From NCBI GenBank assembly GCA_964016885.1, contig OZ024755.1:20646001-20710000 (forward strand): a stretch of DNA of 64,000 nucleotides, written 5' to 3'. Within the stretch, counting starts at the first letter, position 1. Each line of letters begins with the position of its first letter. The stretch comes from Eledone cirrhosa (taxonomy: Eukaryota). Positions 39,011 through 52,957 of the stretch are shown here, in pieces. The position numbers were made by a program, and so were the translations under genes. Below the pieces are notes generated by a model. It searched no databases and was not told the DNA's origin. It saw only the letters and a program-made list of their open reading frames with translations.

Positions 39011-41974
39011 ATAACCAAATCTCCAGCACTTACACACGTATACAACATACAGAAAATATCACTACTCTACTAGTTATTGCACTCATCTTATGTTGAGTAA
39101 TTTCAATACAATAGAAAAATACGAAATCAAATCTAAACACTACATGTACCCAAGGTACACATAATTGCGATGTGACCTGCAGTGAAACCACCCCACCCCC
39201 TTCTTTTCTGGCCCTTTCCGGCGGTTTCCCACCCTTTTTTTCCAGACTCCATTTTCTCCCAATCACCGCAAGACGATGGAGGGGGTGAATATGTTGCATG
39301 CAGCTACTGGCTGGCACTGTCATGGAAAGGGAGACCGTATACCTGTTCGGGATTTGGTAGCGCATGTCTCCTTTGTTCATTTTCGAGTTTAAAGACTAAC
39401 AAAGTCTTTGTCACAAGTCGACCAGGATTCTCTCCAACTCGTCTTTCAAGAAGATATAAAAACACAGTGGTATGTCACTTTCCTCTTTATTCTTTCTCAG
39501 ATAAATACTCGAGAAAGGAGACACTGTCTTTCGCCACAAACCTTGCCCATATTTTCTTCTATTCTTGACGTTTATTAAAAAGAAATATATATTTATTACT
39601 CAAGACTTTAGCAAAAGATGAGTTACTGTTGATACCATTGATGTTTTTATTATTTTTCTTGTCTGAGTTAGCGTTTTTAACATCTTGGGGGTTTTTTGTT
39701 TTTTTCTGATCATAAAAGTTGGATTATAAATGTTTGTTTGCAAGTCTGCTAAGTTTTCTACCCTTTCCTTTTGAAAATCTATTTTCGTATTTAAAAAATC
39801 TCAGTGAAGTGAGATTCAGTGGGAGGTAGTGTGTGTGACCAGACTGGCCCTTTAAATTAGAGGTAGAGCCCAGTTGTTAAATCAACAGAACAATCTGCTC
39901 ATAAAACTAACGTGCAAGTGGTTGAGCATTCTACAGACACGTGTACTCTTAACGTAATTCTCTGGAGATCCAGCATGACACAGGATGTGGCATGATTGGC
40001 TCTTTGAGTTACAGGTACAGTTCATCTGACGACTTCCAAACAGTTTTTTTTTTTTCACTCGATTTCCCTAACAAGGCTTGAGTTAACTCAAGGCTATGGT
40101 AAATGACACTTGGCCAAGATGCCATGCAGTGGGATTGAACCTGGGATCTAATAGTTGCGAAGCTAACTTCTGAACAATTCGGCCAAGCTGCGTCCACAGA
40201 GAATTATCAATCGTTATATTTTAGCCTTATTATCTTAACAGAATTCTACATCGATTTAACTCAACAAACCACATGTGAATCAAACCATACATCAAAGCTT
40301 TAATAGATTTATGTTTCAAGTTAAAAGTTATTGTTTTATTCTAAAGAAATAGTTTGTTGGAAATGGAGCTGGGTAAAACTGTATCTTTCCGTTAATTCTC
40401 TCGTGGAAATTTTTTAATTTAAAATATTTTTGTAACTTGATGTATGATGTCATGGAAACAATATAGACAAATATAATTTATTATATAAAGTTTATTCATT
40501 CCACCTTTTGTCCATTAAAAATATTTTGAGGTAACCAACAAAAAAATCTAATTTAATTGGTAGTTTCTGGGAGTTACTCCTACAACTACTACCATTATCT
40601 CATTTCATTTCTTGATGTGAAGCTTGACAAGATGTGAACTAAGACATTAACATTGTGTGAGAAATTAAATTACTAGGTTTGCAAAATTATATAACAGATA
40701 ATAACTGATATTAGAGCAGAGATAAGGGATGAAAAGAAAAATGTGACCAACCCCGAAAAAAGACAAAAAAAAAACTAAAAAAAAAGGGCAGAAAATAAAA
40801 CAGGTTTTATCACTACTTATGTGTGAGAAAATGATTTGAGGTAAAATATATATTTATGAGTGTTTAATAGTATACTTGCAATTATTTCGAGTATTTTTCC
40901 TCGTTTTTTCTTCTCGTTAAACAAAAGTGCATAAATTAGATGAACTTTATGATAATTTTACTTCTAATCTTCTAACTATAACACTGAATGAATGATTAGC
41001 CCTGTAACTCCTGAGAGAATCGTAGGAGTGCCGTATTGACATACGGCATTTCTAGGGCATTTTTAAACCTGGCAGAGCCCGTCTCCTCTCCTTATCCGAA
41101 TACAGCAGATTTTTCCTCAAAGTGAGAAAGAGATATAGAGATACAGAGAAAGAATCGACCCCAGTACTAAACTGGTTTTTTTTTATCGACCTCGAAAGGA
41201 TGAAAAGCAAGTTGACAACTACAACATTATGCTAGTTAAAAATATATATATTAAAGTGAGTTTTAGGGGAATCATTGGGACCGTCAATTTTGAGGGTGTT
41301 TGCTTTGATTAGAAAATGTGTAGTTTGTTCTCAATAATGAGAATGTCAGCTAACATATACTTAGAGAGTTGTAACCCCAGAGATTTGTCTGAAATGTGAA
41401 ACAATTTATTTCCGCTATTACTTTGTCGTAGTATATCATTTGTATGCATTTCAAAAATTAAAAGCATTTTTAAAGTAATTGTTTGAGGTATTGAGTTTAT
41501 CTAAAATAGAAAAATATGTCCGCTATTCATAAACATAGATCTTGCTGTTATTTGTAATGGTAGTTGTAAGGAGTTGTTTTATCGACGCCCGAAAAGCTGA
41601 ATAACAGTGTAAAACAATTATAGGGTTTTATTCAGAGCATAAATGAACACATGTAAAATATTCCTGTTCGCCCTATTTTCATACAGAAGGGGAAAAAAAC
41701 CTCATCTGATAAAGGTTATGGCCTTGAAGAAGCGGAATTTTTTCAATTGTTTATGAAGAAGCAGACGAATAATAAATGGAATTTTGTTTTCTTGTTATAT
41801 AAATGAGAATATGGCCGTCTACAAGACGTGTCTCACTATTAACGTCATCGGTTGTTTGATACCTTAGCCTGGTGTCTAGACTTATATTTCAGAACATCAA
41901 CTGTTTCACCTTGAACAGGAGAGAGATTGTTCTGAAGTAAACTGGCTCTTTATAACTCACAACCTTCTATTATT

Positions 41975-42006
<32 letters not shown>

Positions 42007-44582
42007 AAACATTATATTAATGGATTGGTAGTATCAGTAGAGGGTCGGACACCATGCTTTGACGCATAGAGTTACGGCCCTTGCCATTTTGAGTTCAAAT
42101 CCCGCCGAAGTTAACTTTGCCTTTCATCCTTACGGGGTCGATAAAATAAAGTACCAGTAATTACTGGCGGTTGCGGGTTGGCAGTAGAATTGGTAGAGCG
42201 TCCGACAAACAGGGTTTGTGGCATATAGTTACGTCTCTTTACGTTCTGAGTTCGAATCCCGCCGAGGTTAGCTTTGCCTTTCATCTTTACGAGGTCGATA
42301 AAATAAAATACCAGTAACGCACTGGGGTAGATTTAAACGACTTTCTTCTCCCCTACCCCCAAAAAATGATTGGCCTAATGACTAAATCAGAAACCATTAT
42401 TTATATTAACTACTACTAACTACAGCCACCCCTTGCAATCGAGCCTGACTTGGTAATATGTACAATGCTTTCGCCAAGGATTTTTAGTACCCATGCAGTT
42501 GCGAGAAGAAATAGACATTCTCTTGACTCTCCCTTTTTTGATCGAGCGGAAGATCTTTGAATTACAGCTACAATCCATCCTACGGGCTTCCACGCAGTTT
42601 CCGTCTACCCAAATTAACTTTCAAGGCTTACGTCGACCCGAGTCTATAGTAAAGAAACTTGCCGAAGATGTCATCGCGCACGAACCCGATACTTCATAAT
42701 TGCAAAGCGAACCTCTTAACCACCCAACTAAGTTTGCGTTCACCAGCTATATGCATGCATACATGGTCCAGTGATTCCCAAGGAGGTCTTAGGGGCGCCA
42801 TATTGATATAATGAGCGTCTCTAGGGCATTTTTAAATCTGGCAGAGCCCATCTCCTCCCCAGGTCTGAATACAGCAGACTTCTTCCAGAGAATGATAGAG
42901 AGAGAGTGAGAAGTAGGAAATAGATATAGAGGAAAAATCGACCCCTAATACTAGACTTGTACTTTTTTTATCGACTTCGAAAGGATGAAAGGCAAAGTTG
43001 ACCTCGGCAGGATTTGAACTCAGATAGTCGAAACGACTATCCAACGTTCTAATGACTCTGCCAATTCGCCGCCTCACCAGCTATATTCTTAGGTGAAATT
43101 TGTTCTTATCTCGTACCAGAGTATATTGCTTTATTTTTCTGTTATTTTCTTACATAATACTTCACGATTGAACAAATTCGATAAAACTTAATGGTTACTT
43201 CCTTTACAGAAAGAAAGTCACCCAAGTTGATATCAATGCTGTCGTCACTGCTTTTATTGTTCTCATTTTAAAGACGGTCAACGGGTGCCAGGACCAGTCG
43301 CTTGTTATTGCCAACAATCTCACTAAATTAGTCACTTTTCTATTTGAATGATACAAAAAAGAAAGAAAACGAAATCATCAGATTATGCTTCATTTCTTCT
43401 TTATCTCTTACACTCTTTCTAGATACACCATCTGCTACAAACAGTTAAACATTCTCCAAATTGGAAGTTTAATCAACCATCCACATATCTATCTATTTTG
43501 AAATTATATAAATTCTATGTAAATATTGAAAACTATCCTCTTTCAGGGAATGATTTAATTCAGTAATAATTGTTTCTACTTTTGGCACAAGGCCAGCAAT
43601 TACCCAGTGCATTACTGGTACTTTATTTTATTGACCCCGTAAGGATGAAAGGCAAAGTTAACCTCGGCAGGATTTGAACTCAGAATGGAAAGAGCCGTAA
43701 TGATTTCTAGTATAGGTACGAGGCCAGTAATTTTAGGGGATGGGAAAGTCGATTAAATCGACCCCAGTACGTTACTGGTGCTTTATTTCATCAACCCCCG
43801 TAAGGATGAAAGGCAAAGTTAACCTCATGTAATAATGTCACTACGCCCCACAAAGAAGTAGAGACAGAGAGAGACCAAGCTATGTAAAACATATTATTGG
43901 TTGCCTTAGTAATGAAGTCCGACTCGACGAGGGTGAAATTCGCGAAGCTGCCAAGGACAGGATGCCATGAAGATCTGTTGTTGGTGTCGCCACTCTTTTC
44001 TCCACACCAGGGTGAGACGGAGAAGCCGACTTAATGTTTTATATATTACAACAGCGTTATGGGAAAAAAAGCATCGATGTGGACACATGACTTACTAGAA
44101 ATAGAAGCCTACATACTGTCTTAAAAACGGCAATGTCATATTGTATAATGTAGTCCTTGATACGTAATACCCAATAAATTAAGGAGTGGTCATGGGAGAA
44201 ACGCTTTTTGATCGTAGATCTGCTAGGTTAAAGTTGCTATAGATCTGAATTACATGTCAACAACAACAAAAATGTTTGATCATAAATCTGCTAGATCAAT
44301 GTTGCTTTAGATCTAAACTACAGCATATCAACAACAACTACATCGTTCAGAATAAAAGAATGGATTCCTGTATAAGATTCTAAAACAAACCTAGTTTTAC
44401 ATTACTATAGCTATACACTATTACATTAATATATCTATACTAATAGTTACATTACTATATATACTGTAAGTTACATTACTGTATCTATATACTATTACTT
44501 ACATTAATATATCTATGCTAATAGTTACATTACTATAATTATACTGCTAGTTACATTATTATTACATTATTATATCTAAACT

Positions 44583-45794
44583 AAAGCATCCAAACACTGG
44601 CTGGATAATTTCCTTCAGCGACACGAATTTTCTCTGAGAAGATCGACAACACTGTTCAAACTGGACGATACTGAGATTATTAAACGCATTTAAGTCTTTT
44701 GTTGATGGAATAGACTTTTCTAACTACCGTCTCTCCAACATGATTGCTATGGATGAAACAGCAGTGTTCATGGGTCAAAGCTCTCAATCTACAATTGATC
44801 AAAGGGTTGCGTCGTCAATTTACATTCCATCCACTGGTTACGAAAGTGCACGAGTTACGTGTATCTTGGCAATTCGTCTCGACGGAAGCAAAGCCCCACC
44901 TCTTATCATCACTAAAGGCAAGAAAGATAAAATTGAACGCGTTTCAGGTATCTGTGTTCTGGAAACTGAAAAGGCGTGGTGCACACAGGCAGTTTTAAGG
45001 AAGTGGGTCGATTTCATGCTGCCATTGATTTTGTGTGGAACCCAAAGAGGTCTCATAGTCTGGTATTCAGCCAGCACGCACTGCGCCAAAGATATGAAGA
45101 ACTTTCTTGCAGAAAGAAGAATCGATCAAATCATGATTCCCCCAGGAATGACCGCCTATCTCCAGACTCTTGACATCACACTGAATAAACCATTCAAGGA
45201 CCATCTGCGCATGGAAATAAATGACTACATCAAAAACAGAATGGCGAGAAATGAGCGGGGAAATTTCGTGAAGCCCAGCCTTCAAGAGATCGTGACTTAA
45301 GTGGGAAATTCATGGAACAAAATAACAGATAGCTGTGTCAAGAATGCACTACGAGCAGGCTATCTGGATAAGCACTCTCCATTCAATTCGACCTCTATCG
45401 TCCAACATGAAAGACTAGGGACGAAAATTCTGCAGGCAATTGAGTCACAAGAAATTTCCACACGAATCATTGAATCCACTGATTTGTAAAACAATGACAT
45501 TCCAGAGCAGGATGACATGATTATTTTTGAATAAATTAGTGGATTATTTCGCTCATGAGTTTTTGAATTAAAGGGTGTGTTAATTTTTAATAAATTTGAT
45601 CTTTCAAGTAAACGTTGCGCGTAAATGCCGATTGTTTTTTCGTAATTTCCAATCATTTAGCGAATTTGTAATTTTCAGTTTCGTAGTGTCGTTTTTTCGG
45701 TATATGAACCCTCTCCCCAAAAAATAAGCCGTAGTGGTACATTTCGGAGTAAAAATTAATATATGCCATGGCTTATAATCGGGGAAACACGGTA
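44583..45794 (+). mobile_element. pogo/Tigger-type DNA transposon remnant (CENP-B HTH end + DDE domain), 5'-truncated and inactive
   Basis: KASKHWLDNFLQRHEFSLRRSTT; MDETAV, IVWYSAS (second catalytic D replaced by Y) and YLQTLD; stops and frameshifts; right TIR ggcttataatcggggaaacacgg followed by TA. Confidence 0.9.
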
Positions 45795-46207
45795 GTTACA
45801 TTACTATATATATACTATTATTAACGTTGCTATATTTATACTATAATTTTAACAATCGAGTGTACATATAGAGCAAGGACGGGAATCGTTTTAGTAGTAG
45901 AGACGAATTACAAGTAGATAAGAGCTTCTGAGGGAACTGTGTCGCGGAAATTAATCAAACTTCAATTTTACATGCTATTCATGCAATCACATGAAACAAC
46001 ATTAATGAAAACGATACAATCCATCAATTAACCAGGTAGCGTTTAAACTTCTTGCTCTATGTTAAAATTAGGAGGTTGGTTCAGTTCTGTTTTGGAAATC
46101 TCAGAGATGTTATGCGGGACTGATCACGTAATATTTTTTATTGTGGATTGTTTACAAGACACAAAATTAACCTATAATTCTTAAGCAAGTAATTCTTGGT
46201 TAAATTA

Positions 46208-46686
46208 TAATTGTTTCTACTTTTGGCACAAGGTCAGCAATTACCCAGTGCATTACTGGTACTTTATTTTATCGACCCCGGGATTTGAACTCAGATCATA
46301 AAGGGCCGTAACTCTTTGCTGCAAAGCATGGCGTCAGACCTTCTACCGATACTGCCAATCCACTTAAATTATAATTGTTTCTACTTCTGGCACAAGGCCA
46401 GCAATTATCCCAGTGCATTACTGGTACTTTATTTTATCGACCCCGTAAGGATGAAAGGCAAAGTTAATCTCAGCGGGATTTGAACTCAGATCATAAAGGG
46501 CCGTAACTCTTTGCTGCAAAGCATGGCGTCAGACCTTCTACCGATACTGCCAATCCACTTAAATTATAATTGTTTCTACTTCTGGCACAAGGCCAGCAAT
46601 TCTCCCAGTGTATTACTGGTACTTTATTTTATCGACCCCGTAAGGATGAAAGGCAAAGTTAACCTCGCCGTTATTTGAACTCAGAA
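46208..46686 (-). mobile_element. Head-to-tail tandem of three SINE family A copies
   Basis: Repeated taaattataattgtttctact...gatttgaactcaga units. Confidence 0.85.
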
Positions 46687-47438
46687 AACAGTTCATGTTG
46701 ACATGTGGTGGTAAACTTGATACAATTTTCAATTCACCACCACCACCACCCAAAAAGGGTATTTTCAATATTTACATGAAGTTTATGAAAATTCAAAACA
46801 GATAAACTATTAAATTAAGATATTAAAATATTATCCGATGGTAAAATAATTAACTGGAGTTGTATGGAATCGGAAGCTTTTCCTGACATCACATCAAAAG
46901 GAGTTTCGCATATTTGTAGTTTAAGATCAAGTTCTACGTTTATCCAATCTAGAATAGGTGCACCGTATCCTAATGTATCATATTGAAGGGATTAAAAGAG
47001 GTGGTATTGGCAAGGGCATCTGGCCATAAAAAATTGCCTCAAAAAGTGTCTCGTGATAAGTATAAAGCTTTCCATGCGGCCTGTAAGTTTAATACCTGCT
47101 TTAACGAAAGGGAATGACTTTAAAATGTTTGTGGTTATTGTTGTAATTCGAGATCAGGATTTTATACATCTCAGAATCTCTTTTGAAGTTGATTCAAAAA
47201 TTTAAAACAACCTTTAAGTCTACTTCCCCGCTAATTCTGGTGTCTGATCTTTCAATGTTTGAAAATACACCATACAGTGTTTTTTTTCCTTCTTCTTCAG
47301 TTGACGCGATGCCCTTTACAACATTGAATTGAAATTATTTAGAAGACTTTATCAACAGCTGGTTTCAACTTTGAATGAAGGCAAAAGTTTCCCACCTCTG
47401 GGAATGTCTCACTCATTGGCAAGTCAAACGAAAGATGA

Positions 47439-47475
<37 letters not shown>

Positions 47476-47599
47476 ATGAAGATGGAGGTAGGTTAATAGA
47501 CTATACATTTGTTTCATGAATGAATATTTAGTTTGGATCATTGTTTATGTTGAATAAGTTGGCAACTGCGTAACTGTGTAGATGTGTATTCATTAATAT

Positions 47600-47795
47600 A
47601 CGGCGGTGAATTGGCAGTATCGGTAGAGGGTCGGACGCCATGTTTTGACGCATAGAGTTACGGCCCTTGCCATTCTGAGTTCAAATCCCGCCGAGGTTAA
47701 CTTTGCCTTTCATCCTTATGGGGTGGATAAAATAAAGTACCAGTAATACACTGGTTAATTGCTGGCCTTGTGCCAAAAGTAGAAACAATTATTAT
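47600..47795 (+). mobile_element. tRNA-headed SINE family A, representative full copy (more than 20 copies in the window, both strands)
   Basis: A box TGGCAGTATCGG, B box GAGTTCAAATCCC, core ttgcctttcatcctta.ggggtcgataaaataaagtaccag, tail ggccttgtgccaaaagtagaaacaatta. Other copies near 7960-8760, 9580-9710, 14156-14350, 16860-17056, 19130-19315, 21473-21652, 42020-42400, 43565-43830, 49820-50220, 55225-55327, 56500-56690 and 63625-63805. Confidence 0.9.
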
Positions 47796-49186
47796 AGTTC
47801 TTCGCATGTGAAACAAGATGGAAGCTAGCAACGAAGGGCGTTGGTGGAATGAATTGAAAGTACGTTAGTACAAATATTATCTGACTCACTCTTAGTGGAG
47901 CGGGGTAATTACACATTGCTTAGACAGTGTGGAATCAGAATTAATTAAGGCGAAGTATTTGAAATATATATGTATGCTGCAGAAATGCACCAGATGAAAG
48001 GGCAATCAAAGTAACCTTGAACTTCACTAAAGCTCTTATCTTCATTAAACAGCATGCTGTACTAAGAGGTCTTGGAGGTATTTCCTGCAACTAAGATGTA
48101 ACCAAATGTTAGATGTGTGTACATTGGCCTTTAGAATTAGCGTGAGGTTTATTTCACAGATCCTTAGATTTTATCAAATAAATGTGTTTTTAAAATGTTT
48201 TCAAAGTTATGCTACCAGGCAAATATTTCATACAAACATCAACTAGAAAAATAATTATATTTTCAAATGAACAATTTGTCAATAATTAATTCAACTAGTT
48301 AATTACACCATAAGATTTACTATTTTACATTGCAAAGATTAGAAAACGAAAGAAGAAAATACAGGGCGACAACAGTGAAATGTGTGTGTTAAGTGTGGTA
48401 GAGAAACGTTATAAAGTTATCATATCAGTGAGGCTTGGTTATTCAACACATTACGCACAATAATATATATATATATATATAAAAGAGATATAACTTGTGT
48501 CAACATTTTTAAATGTTTCCTTTATTTACATTTTTATTTATTCATTAAATTTATTTATATTTATCTATTTATTTGGTTAAAGTTGTAACTAACGGTAGCA
48601 GTATAATATAGTGAAACCTAATCCTTTAAATTAGATATTAACTCATGGTGGATACTGTTCCTCATTTAAGGCTGATAAATAATAACATCAACAGGTTGGA
48701 GAGGTTTAACCTATTAGCCTTGAAATAGTTTTATGATAACAATTACACAGAATTGTGTATCAAACGAGAAGCATTGCTTGAACCCAGATCTAAAGTGCGA
48801 GAGTACTTATTGTTATAGTGCGAGAGTATTTATTGTTCAGAGTATTTATTGGAAAGTTATCTCGCACTTTAGATCTGGGTTCAAGCAATGCTACTCGTTT
48901 GATACACAATTCTGTGTAATTGTTCTGTGTAATATAATACAAAAGCAATGAAGATCGCTGGTATTAAATCAACGTTCTCCGACCAACGTCTAGCTCACTC
49001 AATGAATCTGTTGAATTGAAGGAATGCAGCTGAAATCAGCTACTCAGAGTGCATACATTTAGTTAATATCAGATACGGTGACTGTGTTTTGGTAGAGATA
49101 AAAGTAAAAATCTCAACTCCTGGACGATATCGTTTCTGTGCAACATAACTTCCCAAATGCATCTGCAATGTTCAGAAAGTCACGTA

Positions 49187-49236
<50 letters not shown>

Positions 49237-49605
49237 TCATTCATGCATGCATGTATGTATGTATATGCACAGTCTTTCCTCACTTTAAAAAATATCTTCA
49301 CGCACAGGCCTTGCACGATAGAATTAATTAATAATTATTAATAATGGTACATCATGCAATGGCCATACTCGATAACGAGGGGGCAGCCATCATGTATGTA
49401 TGTACTTGTGTGTGTGTTAGGTTATATTGGAGTTTACCAATATAGGTTCTGGTAAAGATTATAGAAGCTCAATGCTAATCAGTACCCTTGGTCAATCGGT
49501 AACCCAAAAAGGCTGAATGATTTTTCAACTTCTGTAGATTACGTTATAGACTGTTATAGCACAAACTGCAGAGCTCAAAATTTAATAAATTTATAACATA
49601 ATTTT

Positions 49606-49692
49606 ACCCTACGTACGTTTCAATGTATAACAGCCGGCCATACTTCAAAATATATTGAGCATTAGTCTGCTGGTTTACATATCTTCAGGAAT
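49606..49692 (-). ncRNA. Type I hammerhead ribozyme motif with long stem II
   Basis: Minus strand: attc-CTGAAGA-tatgta...tacatt-GAAA-CGTACG-TA-gggt; palindromic stem III. Confidence 0.7.
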
Positions 49693-49767
49693 ACAAATAT
49701 TGCCATAAACATCAACATAAAAATATACATATTACAGATTAGACTAGTATCATATTAAAAAACAGCA

Positions 49768-49824
<57 letters not shown>

Positions 49825-50790
49825 GTTTCTACTTTTGGCACAAGGCAGGCAATTACCCAGTGAATTACTGGTACTTTATTTTATCGACCCAGTAAGGTTG
49901 AAAGGCAAAGTTAACCACGGCGGGATTTGAACTCAGAATGGCAAGGGCCATAACTCTATGCGTCAAAGCATAACATCCGACCCTCTACCGATACTGCCAA
50001 TCCACCGCCTTATATAGACACAAGGCCAGCAATTCCGGGGGAGGCGAAAGTCGATTAAATCGACCCCAGTGCGTAACTGGTACTTTATTTTATCGACCCC
50101 CGTAAGGATGAAAGGCAAAAGTTCACCTTGACAGGATTTGAACCCAGATCATAAAGGGACGTAACTCTATGCTGCAAAGCATGGCGTCCGACCCTCTACC
50201 GATACTGCCAATCCACTAATAATAATTAGAGTACGAATACTATTAAAAACCTGCGAAATAACTGTAACTTTCATTCACTCTCTATCCTTCTCTGGAAGAA
50301 ATCTACGGTATTCAGACCTGGAGAGGAGATGGGCTCTGCCATGTTTAAAAATACTCTAGAAACGCCGTGTGTCAATATGGCGTCCTAAGACTCCCTCATG
50401 AGTTACGGGACCATACATACATACATATAAAACATGGTAGATATAATTTCGTTTGGCAAAATTGGAACACAGCCTCATATTATTACGCAAGCGGATTGCC
50501 TAACTAATGAAAATAAATGACTCAACAGCTAATAGTTAAAAATACTGTTATTGTACACATACTGTAGTTTCCTATCCGTAGCCATAGTCAGCAGTGCACA
50601 AAGTTACGACACATTAATTATATCGTAATATACTACTTACATTGTATATGAAGTTTGGGATACCCCAAGAACAAAAATGTAAATAACTAGAAAATTTGTA
50701 ACATTTAAATGTTAATCTTTTGATTCTGTTCTACATTATAAACTAGTGTTGCGACATACATATGCGCATTTTTTTTATTTTTATATGGCT

Positions 50791-50850
<60 letters not shown>

Positions 50851-52503
50851 AGTGCCTCTGACCCGTTTTAAGAGCTCTGAAAACGATGTGAGAAAGGAAG
50901 GAAGGAAGTTAGCATTAGATCTCAGACCTGGCCTAAATGTTGTAAGCAGAGTGGACACGCTAACAGTACACACGGATTACATTGTGGTATTTAACTGACG
51001 GCGGATTAAGTCGACTGTTGATGTTGCTATTGACGGTGGTGGTGATGGTGATGGTGCTGGTGATGATGATGATGAATCTCTGTCGTTACCAGCTCGTGAA
51101 ATTAACAAGTTTCTGAAATTAACACAGTTACACAGACACGTGCACCCTTAATGCTGACATCATCCCAGCCCAAGTAAACAAATTGTGATAAGGACATAAA
51201 AATATGTACGTAACCATTATTTGGTACTTAAGTTATGGGTCGTACTTAAGGGATGAAGGGCTACTTACCCACCAAGACTGGTAGGAAGTTATTTTCTTCA
51301 GACTAGAAAGCTAAAGACACCCAAGAGTCAAGTAATGGAATTAAACTGAGAGATATTAAGTCCACTACTTCACTAGGAATCAGTTTGCTGAGTCAAGACG
51401 AATGGAAGGTAAAATCGACTCGTCGAGATTCGAACTCAGAATGTAAAGGGGCTCAACTAAATATGGCAAGGCATTCTGTCTTTCTATGAATGTAAGTATG
51501 AAAAAAAATACATGTGCCACATATGTTCATGCAAAATTTCACAAACCACAAATATAAGCTGACAAATTGATGCAGGAATCATAGTAAAGTATCAGTGTAA
51601 ACTGAAAACCTCCATCGGTCACTAATGACCATGGTTTTTGCACCTAGAAAGTTTCCTTCCGAGGCATAAGTCTGAGCAACGCGTGTTTATGGAAGACCAG
51701 CAGTCGCCTATGCATAACAGTCTCTCCTCTCCACGCCACCAATATTGTCCAAGGGAAAGGCAATGGCTGATACAACTTGGCACCAGTGACATCGCAACTC
51801 ACTTCTACAGCAAGCTGGAGCAACGTGAAATAGTGTCTTGCTCAAATAAGTTATGCGCCTTTAGCGAAAATAGAAGTATATATATTCACCACGTTACGGT
51901 ACAAATAGAATATTAACAGAGAAGGTTTTATATTTGTTTCATTGTGATGTATACAAAGACATTTAGGGAAGATCAAACATTTTTTTCTGAGGCTGACGTA
52001 TTCATTGACGCCTCGTTATTCAATAAATATATCGTTGTCAATAAGGTGGAAAACAATTGACTTACTTTTGCTTGAGGAGTAAGTCAAGTGAACTGAGGTG
52101 TAAATAAATGGTATTATTGGTGTACTAGTGGATTGATTGTATTTTGAAAGTGGAATTTGGTTGTCGACTATATAGTATGGTGAATGCGCTTGACCTCGTA
52201 GTAAGGGTGTTAGACTTACGATCATAATGTCGTGGCTTCGATTCCTGGACTGGGGTGTGCATAGTGTTGGATTGTGTTCTTGAGTAAAACACTTCATTTC
52301 ACGATGCTCCAGTATACTCAACTGAAAATGCGTACCAGCAATATCTGCGGGGGGGGGGGGGGGGGGTTAACCATGCGATGGACTGGGGTCCTGTCTAGGG
52401 TGACGTCCTGTACTCTCAGTCGCTTCACGCCACTAAAACCGGGATTACCATCGGTCCGATGAAGAACCACCGGGTTCGAGACAGACGTTATACTTTTAGA
52501 CTA

Positions 52504-52957
52504 CATCATCATCATCATCATCATCATCAACGTTTAACGTCCGTGTTCCACGCTTGCATGGGTTTGGACGGGGGTAGTCCCACTTGAGGCAAGAGTGATT
52601 GTCTTGCTCGCATAGGACTGTCTGGCAGGTTTTCTACAGTTGGATGCCCTTCCTAACACCAACCACATTTACAGTGTGGGTCTGGGAGGTTTTTACCGTG
52701 TTGCCTTCACGGCCACATTACAGCGTGGACTGTGTGTTTTTTTGTCGTGACACCTACACGATCTCATTTGTTTCGGCCTCGATGGCGCGGCACCAACATA
52801 ACTTTACATAGGACGGGGTGGTGTGGATGGGGTGGGGGTGGCGGTGGTGGGACGGGGTGTATTTTGTTAGAGATGCCTACTGGCAAGGCGGGTCTTCTCT
52901 GTTACTGAGTACCGCCAAAGGTCTCGGTCCAGTGACATTGTCTTGGAGAGGTGTAAG
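52504..52957 (-). mobile_element. 3' end of the same RTE family as 6168-7345
   Basis: Nearly identical to 6168-6616. Confidence 0.9.

Noticed and set aside
37959-39096. Long poly-His/Asp/Met/Ile ORFs in six frames
   Set aside because: Trinucleotide-repeat artefacts; only 37979-38139 is coding, with its own acceptor.
39030-39580. Unique, relatively GC-rich segment as an alternative first SLC4 exon
   Set aside because: The 116-aa ORF would splice at TGG|GTACAT in phase 0, but the next exon needs phase 2; the phase-2 frame has no ATG after its stop; no recognisable homology. RNA-seq could reopen this.
47600-47695. SINE heads as tRNA genes
   Set aside because: A and B boxes are present but there is no evident cloverleaf, and they always continue into the SINE core and tail.
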